From contig JBEULP010000117.1 in NCBI GenBank assembly GCA_041287245.1, positions 64,001 to 128,000 on the forward strand: a stretch of DNA of 64,000 bases, read 5' to 3'. Position 1 is the first letter of the stretch, and each line of letters starts with the position of its first letter. The DNA is from Infirmifilum sp. (GTDB taxonomy: Archaea; Thermoproteota; Thermoprotei; Thermofilales; Thermofilaceae). The translations under genes were made by a program, and so were the position numbers. The notes under the pieces are model-generated. The model was not told the DNA's origin, did no database searches, and saw nothing but the letters and a program-made list of their open reading frames with translations. This document shows positions 18,942 to 29,107 of this stretch, one piece after another.

Positions 18942-20387
18942 ATGCCCTGGAAGCACGAAGATCTTGTTCTAAAAGCTGTAGATATTGGTTCTGGTCTTGG
19001 AGCACGTTATGTTGAAGCTCGATATCATAAGCAGTCTAGGAACAGTCTAGCTGCAAGGAATGGTGAAATAATCGGCGCAGAGTCTTCCGTATCCGAGGGT
19101 ATTGCTATACGTGTGATTGTAGACGGAGCGCTCGGATTCGCATCCACTAATGTACTGACACTCGAGGGTGTAAAAGAGGCTGTTGAGAAGGCTTTTCATA
19201 AGGCCCGCAGCCATGCAAAACTCATGAAGAATCCGATTGAGTTCTCCCATGAGAGACTTGGACGTGCGACATATGAAGTCAACGAAGCTGTTCCAACGAC
19301 AAGTGTCAATGCTGAGGAAAAAGTATCATATATCAAGGATCTCTGGAGAAATGTTAGCACTTCGACCTCGTCAGCCCGTGTAGCAACCCTCACAACATGG
19401 ATAGGTGAAAGCGTAGAAGAGAAGATAATAGTCAACACGGATGGAGCCTTCATCCGAAGCAGAATTCCACGTTTATCCCTCGGTTATAATGTAGTCGTTA
19501 CCCTCCCTTCAAAGGGAACGATCCAACGCTTCTTCTCACACGCTGCCTCTGGAGGCTACGAGCTTCTTAAGAAGTGGGATGTTATTGGCTATCTTCCGCG
19601 AGATGTAAAGATGTTTGAGAAGATAATTCTCGAGGCAAGAGCCCCGCCTACCGAGAAGCCCGTGGATGTGATCGTGGGTAGTGAAATAGTCGGGTTAATG
19701 GTCCATGAGAGCTGTGGGCATCCCAGTGAGGCAGACAGGATTTTGGGGCGAGAGGCCGCCCAGGCAGGAAAGAGCTTTATCAAGCCAACCATGATCGGTG
19801 AGAAAATCGGCAGTGAGCATGCAACTGTAATCGAGGATCCCACGATACCCGGTAGCAACGGTTTCTATCTTTACGACGACGAAGGAGTACCTGCCAGGCC
19901 CAGATATCTTTACAAGGAGGGACGAATAAACGAGTTTCTACATAATCGTTGGACGGCGAAGCTCTTTGGCGTTAACAGTAATGCCGCGGCCCGTGCGATG
20001 AATTATGAGAGCGAGCCTATAATACGCATGGCTAACACATACTTCAAGCCGGGTGATCACACCTTTGAGGAACTAGTTGAGGACGTGAAATATGGCGTTT
20101 ATATCAAATCTTACATGGAGTGGAATATTGACGATGAAAGATGGAGCCAAAGATATGGGGGTTTAGAAGCATATTTAATCGAGAACGGCGAGCTGAAAAA
20201 CCTTGTGAAAAACCCTGTTCTGGAATTAACTACTAAGACTTTCTATAGTAGTGTAGACGCCGCCGATAAGAACCTTGAGTTCTATGCGGGAACTTGTGGC
20301 AAAGGCGAGCCGATGCAAGGTGTACCTGTATGGTTTGGTGGTCCAAACGTTAGAATTAGAAATGTCATGTTAAGGGTGATAGCCTAA
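18942..20387 (+). CDS. tldD: TldD metalloprotease subunit
   Basis: HESCGHPSEADR, YDDEGV, PIIRMANTY, CGKG. Confidence 0.93.
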   Translation: MPWKHEDLVLKAVDIGSGLGARYVEARYHKQSRNSLAARNGEIIGAESSVSEGIAIRVIVDGALGFASTNVLTLEGVKEAVEKAFHKARSHAKLMKNPIEFSHERLGRATYEVNEAVPTTSVNAEEKVSYIKDLWRNVSTSTSSARVATLTTWIGESVEEKIIVNTDGAFIRSRIPRLSLGYNVVVTLPSKGTIQRFFSHAASGGYELLKKWDVIGYLPRDVKMFEKIILEARAPPTEKPVDVIVGSEIVGLMVHESCGHPSEADRILGREAAQAGKSFIKPTMIGEKIGSEHATVIEDPTIPGSNGFYLYDDEGVPARPRYLYKEGRINEFLHNRWTAKLFGVNSNAAARAMNYESEPIIRMANTYFKPGDHTFEELVEDVKYGVYIKSYMEWNIDDERWSQRYGGLEAYLIENGELKNLVKNPVLELTTKTFYSSVDAADKNLEFYAGTCGKGEPMQGVPVWFGGPNVRIRNVMLRVIA

Positions 20388-21724
20388 TGGAGGTACAGTT
20401 GGTTGAGATAGGTAAGAAGGTGCAGGAAAGAGCCTTAAAAATGGGGTTTGACGAGGTAGCCGTCGACGCTAGGTCTACTGAGAGCGTTATGGTTAAGTTT
20501 GCTAATAGTGAGCCGAGCGTTATTCAGAACTGGTCTTCGGTGGAAATAGGTATCTATGTAACTAAGAACCAAAGAATCCTTGGCACGAGCGCACCTATAA
20601 GCTCTCTCGAGGAGGCTTACAAAATACTTGAAAATCTATACGCCATGCACCCACAACTTCCTCCAAGCATGCTATATGCGCCACTACCAGAACCTGGCAA
20701 GCCTGCGCCCCTAACAGGACTAGTAGACGAGAAGCTAATCGAAGCAATAAAAGACCCCTCTTCGATCTCGGAAGCCATAGTGGAAGGCGCGAACCGCTAC
20801 AAGATAGACTATTTCGCCGGCATGTTTCAAGCCACATATGAGAAAAGGGCTCTACTAAATAGCAAAGGAGCAGAGCTTTCAGAGGAGTCCACAGCATTAA
20901 AGATGTACATAAGAGCATTCGCCGGAGAAGGCTCTGGTCAATGGTCGCTCGGCTCTAGAAAACTCAATATGAAGGAAATAGAGCGAGTTGCCGAGACTGC
21001 ATCAGACTTTGCATTTAGGTCTAAAAATCAGGAGGACGTGCCTCCGGGAAAATACAACATACTTCTCTCTCCCATGGTAGCAGGCAACTTCATCAACTAT
21101 GTTGCAGACATGGCTCTCGCGCACAGCGTCCTGATGGGCAGCTCGATCTTCATGAACAACCAACCCGGCGACAAGGTTGCCTCTGAACATGTGACTATAG
21201 AAGACGATCCAAGAAATGCCGACCTTCCGGGCTCAACTTCTTTTGACGATGAAGGCATTCCAACCTACAGGAAACCCATCATTGAGAATGGTATACTGAA
21301 GAACCTACTACACAACACTAAGACAGCTGCAAAGTTTGGTGCTAAGACTACAGGAAACGCTGGGCTCATCTTTCCACGTCTCTGGGCGTTGACTGTAAAG
21401 AAGGGCGATTACAAGTTTGAGGAGCTTCTTAGCGAAATGAAAAACGGGCTTATTGTTACCAATAATTGGTATACAAGGCTTCAAAACTACATAGAAGGGA
21501 CTTTTTCAACAATCACACGCGACGCCATCTTCATCGTTAAAAATGGAGAAATCGTTGGCGCTGCGAGAAAACTTAGAATAGCGGATGCTTTTCCAAGACT
21601 CCTTAAAAATATCGTCGCGCTAGGGGACACTCAATACGATATGTACTGGTGGGAGGTCGAAATACCCACAAGAACACCATATATCCTAGTCAGAGATCTT
21701 GGAACCTCGAAACACACCGCCTAG
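20387..21724 (+). CDS. pmbA: PmbA/TldE subunit
   Basis: FDDEGIPT, IENGILK, TTGNAG; no HExxxH; 1-bp overlap with tldD. Confidence 0.9.
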   Translation: MEVQLVEIGKKVQERALKMGFDEVAVDARSTESVMVKFANSEPSVIQNWSSVEIGIYVTKNQRILGTSAPISSLEEAYKILENLYAMHPQLPPSMLYAPLPEPGKPAPLTGLVDEKLIEAIKDPSSISEAIVEGANRYKIDYFAGMFQATYEKRALLNSKGAELSEESTALKMYIRAFAGEGSGQWSLGSRKLNMKEIERVAETASDFAFRSKNQEDVPPGKYNILLSPMVAGNFINYVADMALAHSVLMGSSIFMNNQPGDKVASEHVTIEDDPRNADLPGSTSFDDEGIPTYRKPIIENGILKNLLHNTKTAAKFGAKTTGNAGLIFPRLWALTVKKGDYKFEELLSEMKNGLIVTNNWYTRLQNYIEGTFSTITRDAIFIVKNGEIVGAARKLRIADAFPRLLKNIVALGDTQYDMYWWEVEIPTRTPYILVRDLGTSKHTA

Positions 21725-21801
21725 AAAAATTTCTTTTTCTAGAAATTTATTTTCTCGGTGTGTTTTTCACCTTTGAATGGTTTTAGATGATGAAATAATA
21801 A

Positions 21802-22884
21802 TTACGTGGATACCTGCTGGTTTTTCCTAAAACAGAAATTTTTCCGTGATCGCAGCCAAACTGTGAAGATCGAGAAGAGGGCGAGAGCAATTATCAAGGC
21901 TATAATACCCCAAATGTTGAACTTGCTGTAGGAAGGTGTTGGGAACACTGATATAGCTGAGATATTTTTACGTTGCAAAAGCACAGCACCTGAATAGAGG
22001 AGCACTGTTATGTTCCTTGCTTGGATAAATGGAAAAATTACCTCTTTTGTCTCTCTACTAAAAAGATATATTTTTCTCGATTGTTCACCTCCATCTTTAA
22101 CAACAAGATACACATACCCGCTTGTCGAGCCAAGGTTTTCCACTGTGATGGTAAGTATTCCCCGGTCAAGCGTAGCGTCTTTTATAGCCGCTTTTACCTC
22201 AGCCGGCTCGCCTACATATTTGAGACCAGGGATTCTCAGCTGAAATACATAGATATCAGGCGCTTCTTGTTCATTGTAGTTTATCCAGGTAAGACTGTTC
22301 TGTGTTTTATAAGTAGGTCCATGGGCGAATCTCGGCTCCCAATCTATTTTGACAGGTGTTGTACCGTTAAACACGACCTCTAATACGTCTATCCAGCTTC
22401 TGGGATCCGTGCTCGTGAAGCTGTCACGCAGTTTCACTTCGAAGAGAGAGTCGTTAAGCTGAGAGACATAGTTGCTGGTGTTAAGATAAATTTTTACCGA
22501 GTACACGTAAGCGCCGTCAAACTTGGACATCTTCCCGGTGCCCGCTACATCGCAAAGCACGCTTTCTCCATATCTTTTCTCCATATCCGTCAAAACCTGG
22601 AAGTTTAAGAGACGTGGATTATCGGAGAACATCAAGAGGATGTAGTTTAAAGTCTCTACCGATTGGTTCCTGATATTAGCCTCAACTTCCTTGTTGTTGA
22701 ACAAGCTTTTTCCATCCACGGTGAAAGGGTGAAGCTTCGCATCTACAACTGCAGTGCCGTCCGCGTTGAAAGTAACACGGAAATTGAGCGCGATCCAGTA
22801 GGACGGCTGAGAAGATACGCATGTTGCATTTAAAAATATTTGTAGGACGAAGAGAAGGGTAATAAATATTGCATATTTCTTCAT
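21802..22884 (-). CDS. Surface protein with signal peptide and C-terminal TM anchor
   Basis: N-terminal signal, beta-rich body with N-x-S/T sequons, C-terminal TM followed by basic residues. Confidence 0.7.
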   Translation of the reverse strand: MKKYAIFITLLFVLQIFLNATCVSSQPSYWIALNFRVTFNADGTAVVDAKLHPFTVDGKSLFNNKEVEANIRNQSVETLNYILLMFSDNPRLLNFQVLTDMEKRYGESVLCDVAGTGKMSKFDGAYVYSVKIYLNTSNYVSQLNDSLFEVKLRDSFTSTDPRSWIDVLEVVFNGTTPVKIDWEPRFAHGPTYKTQNSLTWINYNEQEAPDIYVFQLRIPGLKYVGEPAEVKAAIKDATLDRGILTITVENLGSTSGYVYLVVKDGGEQSRKIYLFSRETKEVIFPFIQARNITVLLYSGAVLLQRKNISAISVFPTPSYSKFNIWGIIALIIALALFSIFTVWLRSRKNFCFRKNQQVST

Positions 22885-23873
22885 CCAAGCTCACCCTCAA
22901 ATATATAATCAATGTATTCAAGGGTCATGTAACTGGGTATACAGCTACTCGTAAGCGCTGCCCCATAGTATTTTGTCTCTTCGAATCCAAAGACAATATG
23001 TCTAGCGCTAAATACTCCTACATTCGGAGACATTCCGTCAAGCATGTCCACATCAATCCACCCGTATGGATCAACATAGACCTCTGGCCACATGTGACCT
23101 CCCCAGTGTGTAAGCAGACCCTCGCCCTCGCTCTGCACCGTACTCATGTTAAGCCACTGATGCTCCTTATAGCTGGTCAGCAGGAAGCCGTAAACACCGC
23201 GAGCCGGAACACCCAGCGACCTCGCCATCGTGATAAATACATCTGCAACTTCTACACAATCACCTTGAATCCTATACCCTCTGCTAGTATAGATCAACGC
23301 ATGGTCGCTTCCGCTTCTTCCAAGGTTTACATTATAATTCACTCTGCTTACAACCCATCTGGCGAGACTCTCTACTGTTGCGAGGGGGTAAGACGTGTAT
23401 GCAACATCATATGCTATCTTAACCACGGTAGTATTGTAAATGTCCCAATAACGAGTAGAACTCGTATATTTTTTCAATAATAGAAAGTTGGGCCAAACAC
23501 CCTTGCTGGCTGAAGTGTCAATAGAGTAGCTTGAGACTACAACCTTGTAGGTAACATTTATCCATATCTTTTCTTGAGGTTTCGCCACAATGTACGCCAC
23601 TGCAAAAATGTTACCGTCTTCATCCCTCTGAAACCTGACAGGGCTAGGCTCAATACCTAAAACAAAGCTCTGCTGAAAACTAGTGTTCTGAGGAAGGGAT
23701 ATGTAAACATAGTCATTGACAGTAATGTTATTCGTGTTCACTAGAAGAAAGCGCCCCTTAATGGTATATGTGACCCGCGAGGATACATTCACTCCTCCTA
23801 ATGATCCACTTTGTTCAACGTTTATAGCCAAAATAACTAGCAAAAGTAAAAGTACAACTGCCTTGTTCCTCAA
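22881..23873 (-). CDS. Secreted transglutaminase-like (Cys-His-Asp) protein
   Basis: GDCVEVA..F..MARSLGVPARGVYG, HMWPEVYV, GWIDVD; signal peptide. Confidence 0.88.
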   Translation of the reverse strand: MRNKAVVLLLLLVILAINVEQSGSLGGVNVSSRVTYTIKGRFLLVNTNNITVNDYVYISLPQNTSFQQSFVLGIEPSPVRFQRDEDGNIFAVAYIVAKPQEKIWINVTYKVVVSSYSIDTSASKGVWPNFLLLKKYTSSTRYWDIYNTTVVKIAYDVAYTSYPLATVESLARWVVSRVNYNVNLGRSGSDHALIYTSRGYRIQGDCVEVADVFITMARSLGVPARGVYGFLLTSYKEHQWLNMSTVQSEGEGLLTHWGGHMWPEVYVDPYGWIDVDMLDGMSPNVGVFSARHIVFGFEETKYYGAALTSSCIPSYMTLEYIDYIFEGELG

Positions 23874-23933
23874 AAGGCATCACTTTTCTAGCAGAAAAAG
23901 GGTTTATAAGACTATCGATTCAACCAGCGCAGC

Positions 23934-24851
23934 CTAAATCACAAAGACTGTCCCAGAGGTTCCATCTACCACTTCCCGTAGCCTGTCGAGGCTCCCGATG
24001 TGTGCCCTTCTCCCAGTGTGCTTCACAAACTCTACAGCCGCCTCAACCTTTGGTCCCATGCTCCCAGCCGGGAAATACCCCTTCTTCAAAAGCTCTTCGG
24101 CCTCTTGGACATGCATCTCTTTAACAAGTTCCTGTGCAGCCTCTCCAAAGTGTAGAAAAACACCCTCGACGTCTGTGAGAATCACAAGAGCCTCCGCGTC
24201 AAGCGAAACTCCGAGCAGGGAAGAGGCTAAATCCTTATCAATTACCGCGTCTACACCCTCAAGATGACCTCTTCTTTCCACCACGGGGATTCCTCCACCA
24301 CCCACAGCTACTGTTACGTCGAACCTCTCTATAGACGCCCTGATCTGATCAAGCTCCACAATAAGCTTAGGTCGCGGCGAGGGGACAACCCGTCTCCAAC
24401 CTTTACCGGGAACGTTAACAAGGCTCCAGCCTTTTCCCCTCAATTCGCCCAAGCGTGTTTCGTCATAATAGGGACCTATAGGTTTCGAAGGATTTTGAAA
24501 AGCTGGATCATTAGCGTCGACCAAAACACGTGTTGGAACAACGTTAACCTTTAGTCCTGGACAGCAGAGACTAAAGGCCGTTTGAATCATGTAGCCGATT
24601 AAGCTTTGCGTCATGGCAACACATGCATGAAGCGGCATTGGAGGAACCTCATTAGTGCTCTCCTGCTGCAGGTAAAGATTTCCGACTTGCGGGCCATTAC
24701 CGTGAGTGAGAACGATTTTATACTCCTCTGCTATGCGGGCAATTTGTGGGGCTATTTTTGAAAGGTTTTCAACTTGTTCAGAAAAGATACCGCGTTGCCC
24801 CTTGCGAATAAGAGCGTTACCTCCTAGTGCAATCACTAGTAATTTCTTCAC
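23934..24851 (-). CDS. arcC: Carbamate kinase
   Basis: VIALGGNAL, THGNGPQVG, PSKPIGP, GWRRVVPSP, GGGGIPV, AVIDKD, GSMGPKV. Confidence 0.95.
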   Translation of the reverse strand: MKKLLVIALGGNALIRKGQRGIFSEQVENLSKIAPQIARIAEEYKIVLTHGNGPQVGNLYLQQESTNEVPPMPLHACVAMTQSLIGYMIQTAFSLCCPGLKVNVVPTRVLVDANDPAFQNPSKPIGPYYDETRLGELRGKGWSLVNVPGKGWRRVVPSPRPKLIVELDQIRASIERFDVTVAVGGGGIPVVERRGHLEGVDAVIDKDLASSLLGVSLDAEALVILTDVEGVFLHFGEAAQELVKEMHVQEAEELLKKGYFPAGSMGPKVEAAVEFVKHTGRRAHIGSLDRLREVVDGTSGTVFVI

Positions 24852-24962
24852 ATATAACCTTTTAAAAATCCACTTTTATATTTTAACCATAAAGAATATA
24901 AATACAAAGTCAGAAGAATAGCTAAAAACCAGAGAAAAATCCTTATACAAAAACAAATATCC

Positions 24963-25319
24963 TCAAAAACTAAAACCCTCATTTTCAAGAGTTTTAATCA
25001 TCTCCTCAATAGACTTCGCAGCCTTCTCGTACAAGCGGAGAAGACGAACCCCCTCGTCTGTCAAGTGGGAGCCGCCACGGAATTCCCCTCCACGCTCTGT
25101 AATGACAATTCTCTCACCCAAAACACGTTCAATCCGCTGAATATACTTCCATGCAAAGGAATAGGATACACCCAGTTCCTCAGCGGCAGCCCTAAGCGAA
25201 CCCTTCTCGTAAATCTTTTTAAGTAGCAAATATCCTCCTTTTCCTATTAACGGTTTTTCATCAAGCGTCAACCAAACCTTTGCTTTTATATTCACCTTAG
25301 CCAAGCTATCCACCTGCAA
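24963..25319 (-). CDS. ModE N-terminal-type winged-helix regulator (HTH only)
   Basis: IGKGGYLLLKKI...GSLRAAAEELGVSYSFAW...RGGEFRGGSHLT; no mop/TOBE domain. Confidence 0.88.
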   Translation of the reverse strand: MQVDSLAKVNIKAKVWLTLDEKPLIGKGGYLLLKKIYEKGSLRAAAEELGVSYSFAWKYIQRIERVLGERIVITERGGEFRGGSHLTDEGVRLLRLYEKAAKSIEEMIKTLENEGFSF

Positions 25320-25578
25320 TTGGCGGGAAAATAGCTATCGTGTCGCCTTCTTTAAGCGAAATTTCCCGGAGGAACTGTATGTGCCTACCGTTAACTAGTA
25401 TTATTCTATCAGACCTGTAGTTCTCGTTATCAAAAACCTCATTAATAAACTCTACACCAAGTTTTTTCGCCGCGTTTTCAATAGCCTCTCGAAGACCGCC
25501 GCTTGTCTCAACTTCAACTTCCCGCACGCCATATTTGTCGCGAAGAGTCGCAAAAAGCAATATCCTAACACGCACCAT
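25306..25578 (-). CDS. moaD: MoaD/SAMP ubiquitin-like sulfur carrier
   Basis: LFATLRD, ILVNGR, LKEGD.IAIFPPIAGG with terminal di-Gly. Confidence 0.92.
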   Translation of the reverse strand: MVRVRILLFATLRDKYGVREVEVETSGGLREAIENAAKKLGVEFINEVFDNENYRSDRIILVNGRHIQFLREISLKEGDTIAIFPPIAGG

Positions 25579-25615
25579 ACACTAAAATAAGAGAAAAAGT
25601 AAGAAAAAAAGTTTT
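25579..25615 (-). terminator. U-rich terminator-like tract between aor and moaD
   Basis: Minus strand reads TTTTTTTCTTACTTTTTCTCTTATTTT just after the aor stop. Confidence 0.45.
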
Positions 25616-27466
25616 TTAAGGCTCAATACCAAGCTCTCTCAGCTTCTCCTTCGTAGGCACACCGTCAACCCATCCGCGCAACTGGTAGTATTCCTTGAGC
25701 ATTCTGTCCAGCTCCACAACCTGGCCTTTAACAGGTCCCTCAGGCATTGGCTCATGTGTCAAACGCTTAGGCAATGTGTCATCCTTTGCCGAAAAACCGT
25801 AGAGCGACATCATATAGCGTTCAAGGTTGTAGATTCTCTCGCCAATCTTCAGGACATCGTCAGCTGTATAATTAAACCCTGCTACAGTGTTAAACAGGTC
25901 GGCATAGTCGGGAGCACCTATTGCAAAGGTCGTGAAGAGACAGTTCACTGCAGAGTTAACTACGCTAGTGAGATCCTGGAAGACTTTTACCCACTGTGCC
26001 TTCCCCTCTGTCGTCAGGGGATCTATCTTCTGCGGCAGTCCTAATATCTCAGGGGAGATCGTGTAACCAGTAACGTGGCACCCACCGCGGTTTGCCGTCG
26101 CGTAGTTAAGCCCAATACCCTTAGCGCCACGTGGGTCGTAAGCAGGCATCTCCAGGCCCTTGACGCTCATAGAGAGATCCGGAGCGCCATACATCTCGGC
26201 AAGTCTCTTACTGCCAAGAGCCAGCTTAGCGCCGAAACCAGCTTTGTAGGCAGTCCTCCAGATCGACTCAACGAGAGCAGCGGCATTGCCGAATTTTAAG
26301 TCGAGCCCCTGGAGATCCTCCTCAGGAATATAACCCTTTTCACGTAACTCCATAGCACAGGCTATCGTCGAGCCTAACGAAATAGGATCCATTCCAAGCT
26401 CGTCGCACAGATGGTTTGCCTTTATCACAGCGTCTAGCTCCATAACACCTGTAGCATTGCCGAGAGCCCAGATCGACTCGTACTCAGGTCCTTCGCTGTA
26501 AAGAATCTGGTATGGCCCTGAAGAGACCTTGACCACACGTCCACAGCCAATCTGGCAACCCCAGCAGGGACGCCTGCTTATTAAGTATGTCTTCTCAAGC
26601 GTCTCCCCACTAATCTTATCAGCCTCTGGGTTGTAACCAAATTGCCAGTTCTTATAGGGCAGCATCCCCGCCTGATTTATAATGTTTACTAGAATCGCTG
26701 TCCCATACTTTGGCAGCCCTTCACCGGTAACAGGGTTCTTTTTCATCCTCTCTATCAGATTTCTTGAAAGCTCGCGGAACTCGTCAGGCTTTGCTACCTC
26801 TGGTTTCTGCTCGCCGGCAACAACAATAGCCTTTAACTTTTTACTTCCCATAACGGCTCCAAGCCCTGTTCTACCCGCAGCCCTGTGATCATCGTTCATA
26901 ATGTTAGCCATTAGGACAAGGTTTTCTCCAGCAGGCCCTATGCACGCGACACTTACATTCTTCGCCTTTACCCTGCTCTTCAAGATACGGGTAGTGTCAA
27001 ATACGTTCCGGCCCCAAATATCGGAAGCATCTTTTATCTCGGCATGACCGCTAACAACTTCTAGGTAAACAGGTTTCTCAGAGGCTCCCTCGATCACTAT
27101 CATGTCATAACCAGCGAACTTCATATAGGGACCGAACTCACCTCCGCTGTTAGCGCTACCAACAGAGCCGGTGAGCGGGGATCGTAGAGCCATAACGTGG
27201 TGTCTACCAGGCGAGGGAACTCCAGCAACACCCGTTATAGGTCCTGTCCCGAAAATTAACACATTCTCAGGTCCTAAAGCGTTTATGTCCTTAGGGCTTA
27301 TGCCTTTAGCCATATACTCCTTCATGTACCTGTAGTAAAGGAGATACAACGCGTATCCTTTACCGCCGATGTATTTCTCGGCTACTTGCGGGTCAATAGG
27401 TTCTGTTCGTATTGTTTTGTCAGTAAGGTTTACGAAGAGAATTTTTCCCATGTATCCTCCTTTCAT
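25616..27466 (-). CDS. aor: Tungsten aldehyde:ferredoxin oxidoreductase
   Basis: SPLTG, GPAGENLV, RAAGRTGLGAVMGSKKLKA, CWGCQIGC, GPEYE, DELGMD, PAYDPRG, RGGCH. Confidence 0.95.
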   Translation of the reverse strand: MKGGYMGKILFVNLTDKTIRTEPIDPQVAEKYIGGKGYALYLLYYRYMKEYMAKGISPKDINALGPENVLIFGTGPITGVAGVPSPGRHHVMALRSPLTGSVGSANSGGEFGPYMKFAGYDMIVIEGASEKPVYLEVVSGHAEIKDASDIWGRNVFDTTRILKSRVKAKNVSVACIGPAGENLVLMANIMNDDHRAAGRTGLGAVMGSKKLKAIVVAGEQKPEVAKPDEFRELSRNLIERMKKNPVTGEGLPKYGTAILVNIINQAGMLPYKNWQFGYNPEADKISGETLEKTYLISRRPCWGCQIGCGRVVKVSSGPYQILYSEGPEYESIWALGNATGVMELDAVIKANHLCDELGMDPISLGSTIACAMELREKGYIPEEDLQGLDLKFGNAAALVESIWRTAYKAGFGAKLALGSKRLAEMYGAPDLSMSVKGLEMPAYDPRGAKGIGLNYATANRGGCHVTGYTISPEILGLPQKIDPLTTEGKAQWVKVFQDLTSVVNSAVNCLFTTFAIGAPDYADLFNTVAGFNYTADDVLKIGERIYNLERYMMSLYGFSAKDDTLPKRLTHEPMPEGPVKGQVVELDRMLKEYYQLRGWVDGVPTKEKLRELGIEP

Positions 27467-27508
27467 GGAGGGTCAATAATATTATGCTGAACTGTTAAAA
27501 ATGGTTTA

Positions 27509-27532
27509 CGATATTTCTATTAAAAAATATCG
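27509..27532. promoter_or_regulatory. ModE-box-like inverted repeat upstream of the aor promoter
   Basis: CGATATTT-N8-AAATATCG, 24 bp from CG to CG, next to the minus-strand BRE/TTTTTAA of aor. Confidence 0.6.
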
Positions 27533-27601
27533 GGCAAAATTAAATAAAAAGTGAAGTTTGATCATCATCATAATATATAAAGCCTTATTTAAATTTCACA
27601 G

Positions 27602-28633
27602 ATGATCCAAATGTTGGATACTAGTCTACTTCAAAAGCTCGTCAATGCATTAGGACCTTCGGGTTTTGAAGAGCAAGTTCGTGAAGTAATAATTAAAACC
27701 TTAGAAGCACTAGGCTACGAACCCATAGTTGATAGTATAGGAAACGTATACGTTATCTTAGGAGAAGGCAAGCCGTCAATAGTGCTCGCAGCTCACATGG
27801 ACGAAGTTGGAGTTATGGCTCGCTTCGTGGACGAGAATGGGTTTATAAGATTTGTGCCTCTCGGCGGACTAAATCCCCTCTCAATAATAGGACACGAGGT
27901 CATCCTTTTAGGAGAAAAAGGAGAGGTTCGAGGTGTTGTTGGGTCGAATCCGCCCCATGTTCAAGGGCAGGCTCAGCCAGTACCTTCCATAGAAGATTTG
28001 TTCATCGACGTTGGAGCTGCTTCAAGACAAGAGGTCCAGGAACTAGGTATCGCTCCAGGGACGCCCGGCACCTTTTCACCAAACTTCAAGGAGAATGAGA
28101 AGCTGGTATTCGGTAAGGCACTCGACGACCGTCTTGGCTGCTATGTCCTTCTAAAGGCTTTGGAAGAAGCCACCCCAAGCGGAAATGGTTCAGTTGTTAT
28201 AGCCTTCACAGTGCAAGAGGAGGTGGGGCTTAGAGGCGCATCTGTACTGGCAAAAAACATAGAGCCTAACTTCGCTATCGCCATAGAGGGAACAATAGCT
28301 AATGATGTTCCTTTTTCCACTCCAGACAAAGTTGTCACAAGGATCGGTGGGGGACCAGCCCTTAGGGTAATGGATAGAAGTATCATCGGCTCATCAAGGC
28401 TATTAGCACATGTAAAAGGGTTGTTGGCGAAGAGGAGTCTACCCTATCAGCTTCAGCTTTCACCTTATAGTGCAACGGATAGTGGTAGCTTTGCCCTATG
28501 GGGTGCAGAGGCTACCGCTATCTCCATACCAGTAAGGTATATTCATGCCCCCATTTCGATCGCGCTGAAATCAGACATCGAGCTTACAGTCGAAGCCTTG
28601 AAAGCGGTCATAAACAACCCGTTTCCGGCGTAA
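27602..28633 (+). CDS. M42-family (TET-like) aminopeptidase
   Basis: GPSGFE, AHMDEVG, KALDDR, TVQEEVGLRGA, RYIH. Confidence 0.92.
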   Translation: MIQMLDTSLLQKLVNALGPSGFEEQVREVIIKTLEALGYEPIVDSIGNVYVILGEGKPSIVLAAHMDEVGVMARFVDENGFIRFVPLGGLNPLSIIGHEVILLGEKGEVRGVVGSNPPHVQGQAQPVPSIEDLFIDVGAASRQEVQELGIAPGTPGTFSPNFKENEKLVFGKALDDRLGCYVLLKALEEATPSGNGSVVIAFTVQEEVGLRGASVLAKNIEPNFAIAIEGTIANDVPFSTPDKVVTRIGGGPALRVMDRSIIGSSRLLAHVKGLLAKRSLPYQLQLSPYSATDSGSFALWGAEATAISIPVRYIHAPISIALKSDIELTVEALKAVINNPFPA

Positions 28634-28682
28634 ACATATGGAACTTTGTAGAAGTCTAATCGGACTGGGCTCAAACATACAT

Positions 28683-29060
28683 ATGGTTTACATCCCAGCA
28701 TTATTTTTACAGCCCTTTCGAGAATCTCTTAGAGAGAAAATAGCCGTTATAGCAGGGACAGTGGATGGAGGAGCAGCATATGTGCGCGAGGTAATGGAGC
28801 TTACGGGTAGAAACGAGGAAGGTTTATTCCGAACCGGTTTTCAAGACTGGTTCCACGCTGTTAAGGAGTTGGAGAAGAGGGGCCACAAGTACTTGGGGTT
28901 GCTACACAATCATCCTTACGCTAGCCCTACTCCTTCTCCATTAGACGTCGAACGTATGTCGGAGTGTCCGGGTGAGATATGGATAATAGTTTCTTCATCG
29001 GATGTTAAAGGCTGGGTTTTTGGCTCGGAGCTAATAGAGGTTAGACTTGTGATAACCTAA
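28683..29060 (+). CDS. JAMM/MPN+ (Mov34) metalloprotease
   Basis: E...HNHP...PSPLD JAMM motif; start ATG 28683 (or 28638). Confidence 0.8.
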   Translation: MVYIPALFLQPFRESLREKIAVIAGTVDGGAAYVREVMELTGRNEEGLFRTGFQDWFHAVKELEKRGHKYLGLLHNHPYASPTPSPLDVERMSECPGEIWIIVSSSDVKGWVFGSELIEVRLVIT

Positions 29061-29107
29061 AGTATTTTCTAAAGTTTGATGGCAAACAAGGTTGTTTTAA
29101 GTGAGAA

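Noticed and set aside
21787..21840. ATGATGA box C candidate
   Set aside because: No CTGA D'/D boxes at proper spacing
22869..23480. 203-aa plus-strand ORF
   Set aside because: Lies antisense within the well-supported transglutaminase-like gene
23934..24851. Arginine deiminase operon
   Set aside because: Only carbamate kinase is present; no arcA or arcB adjacent
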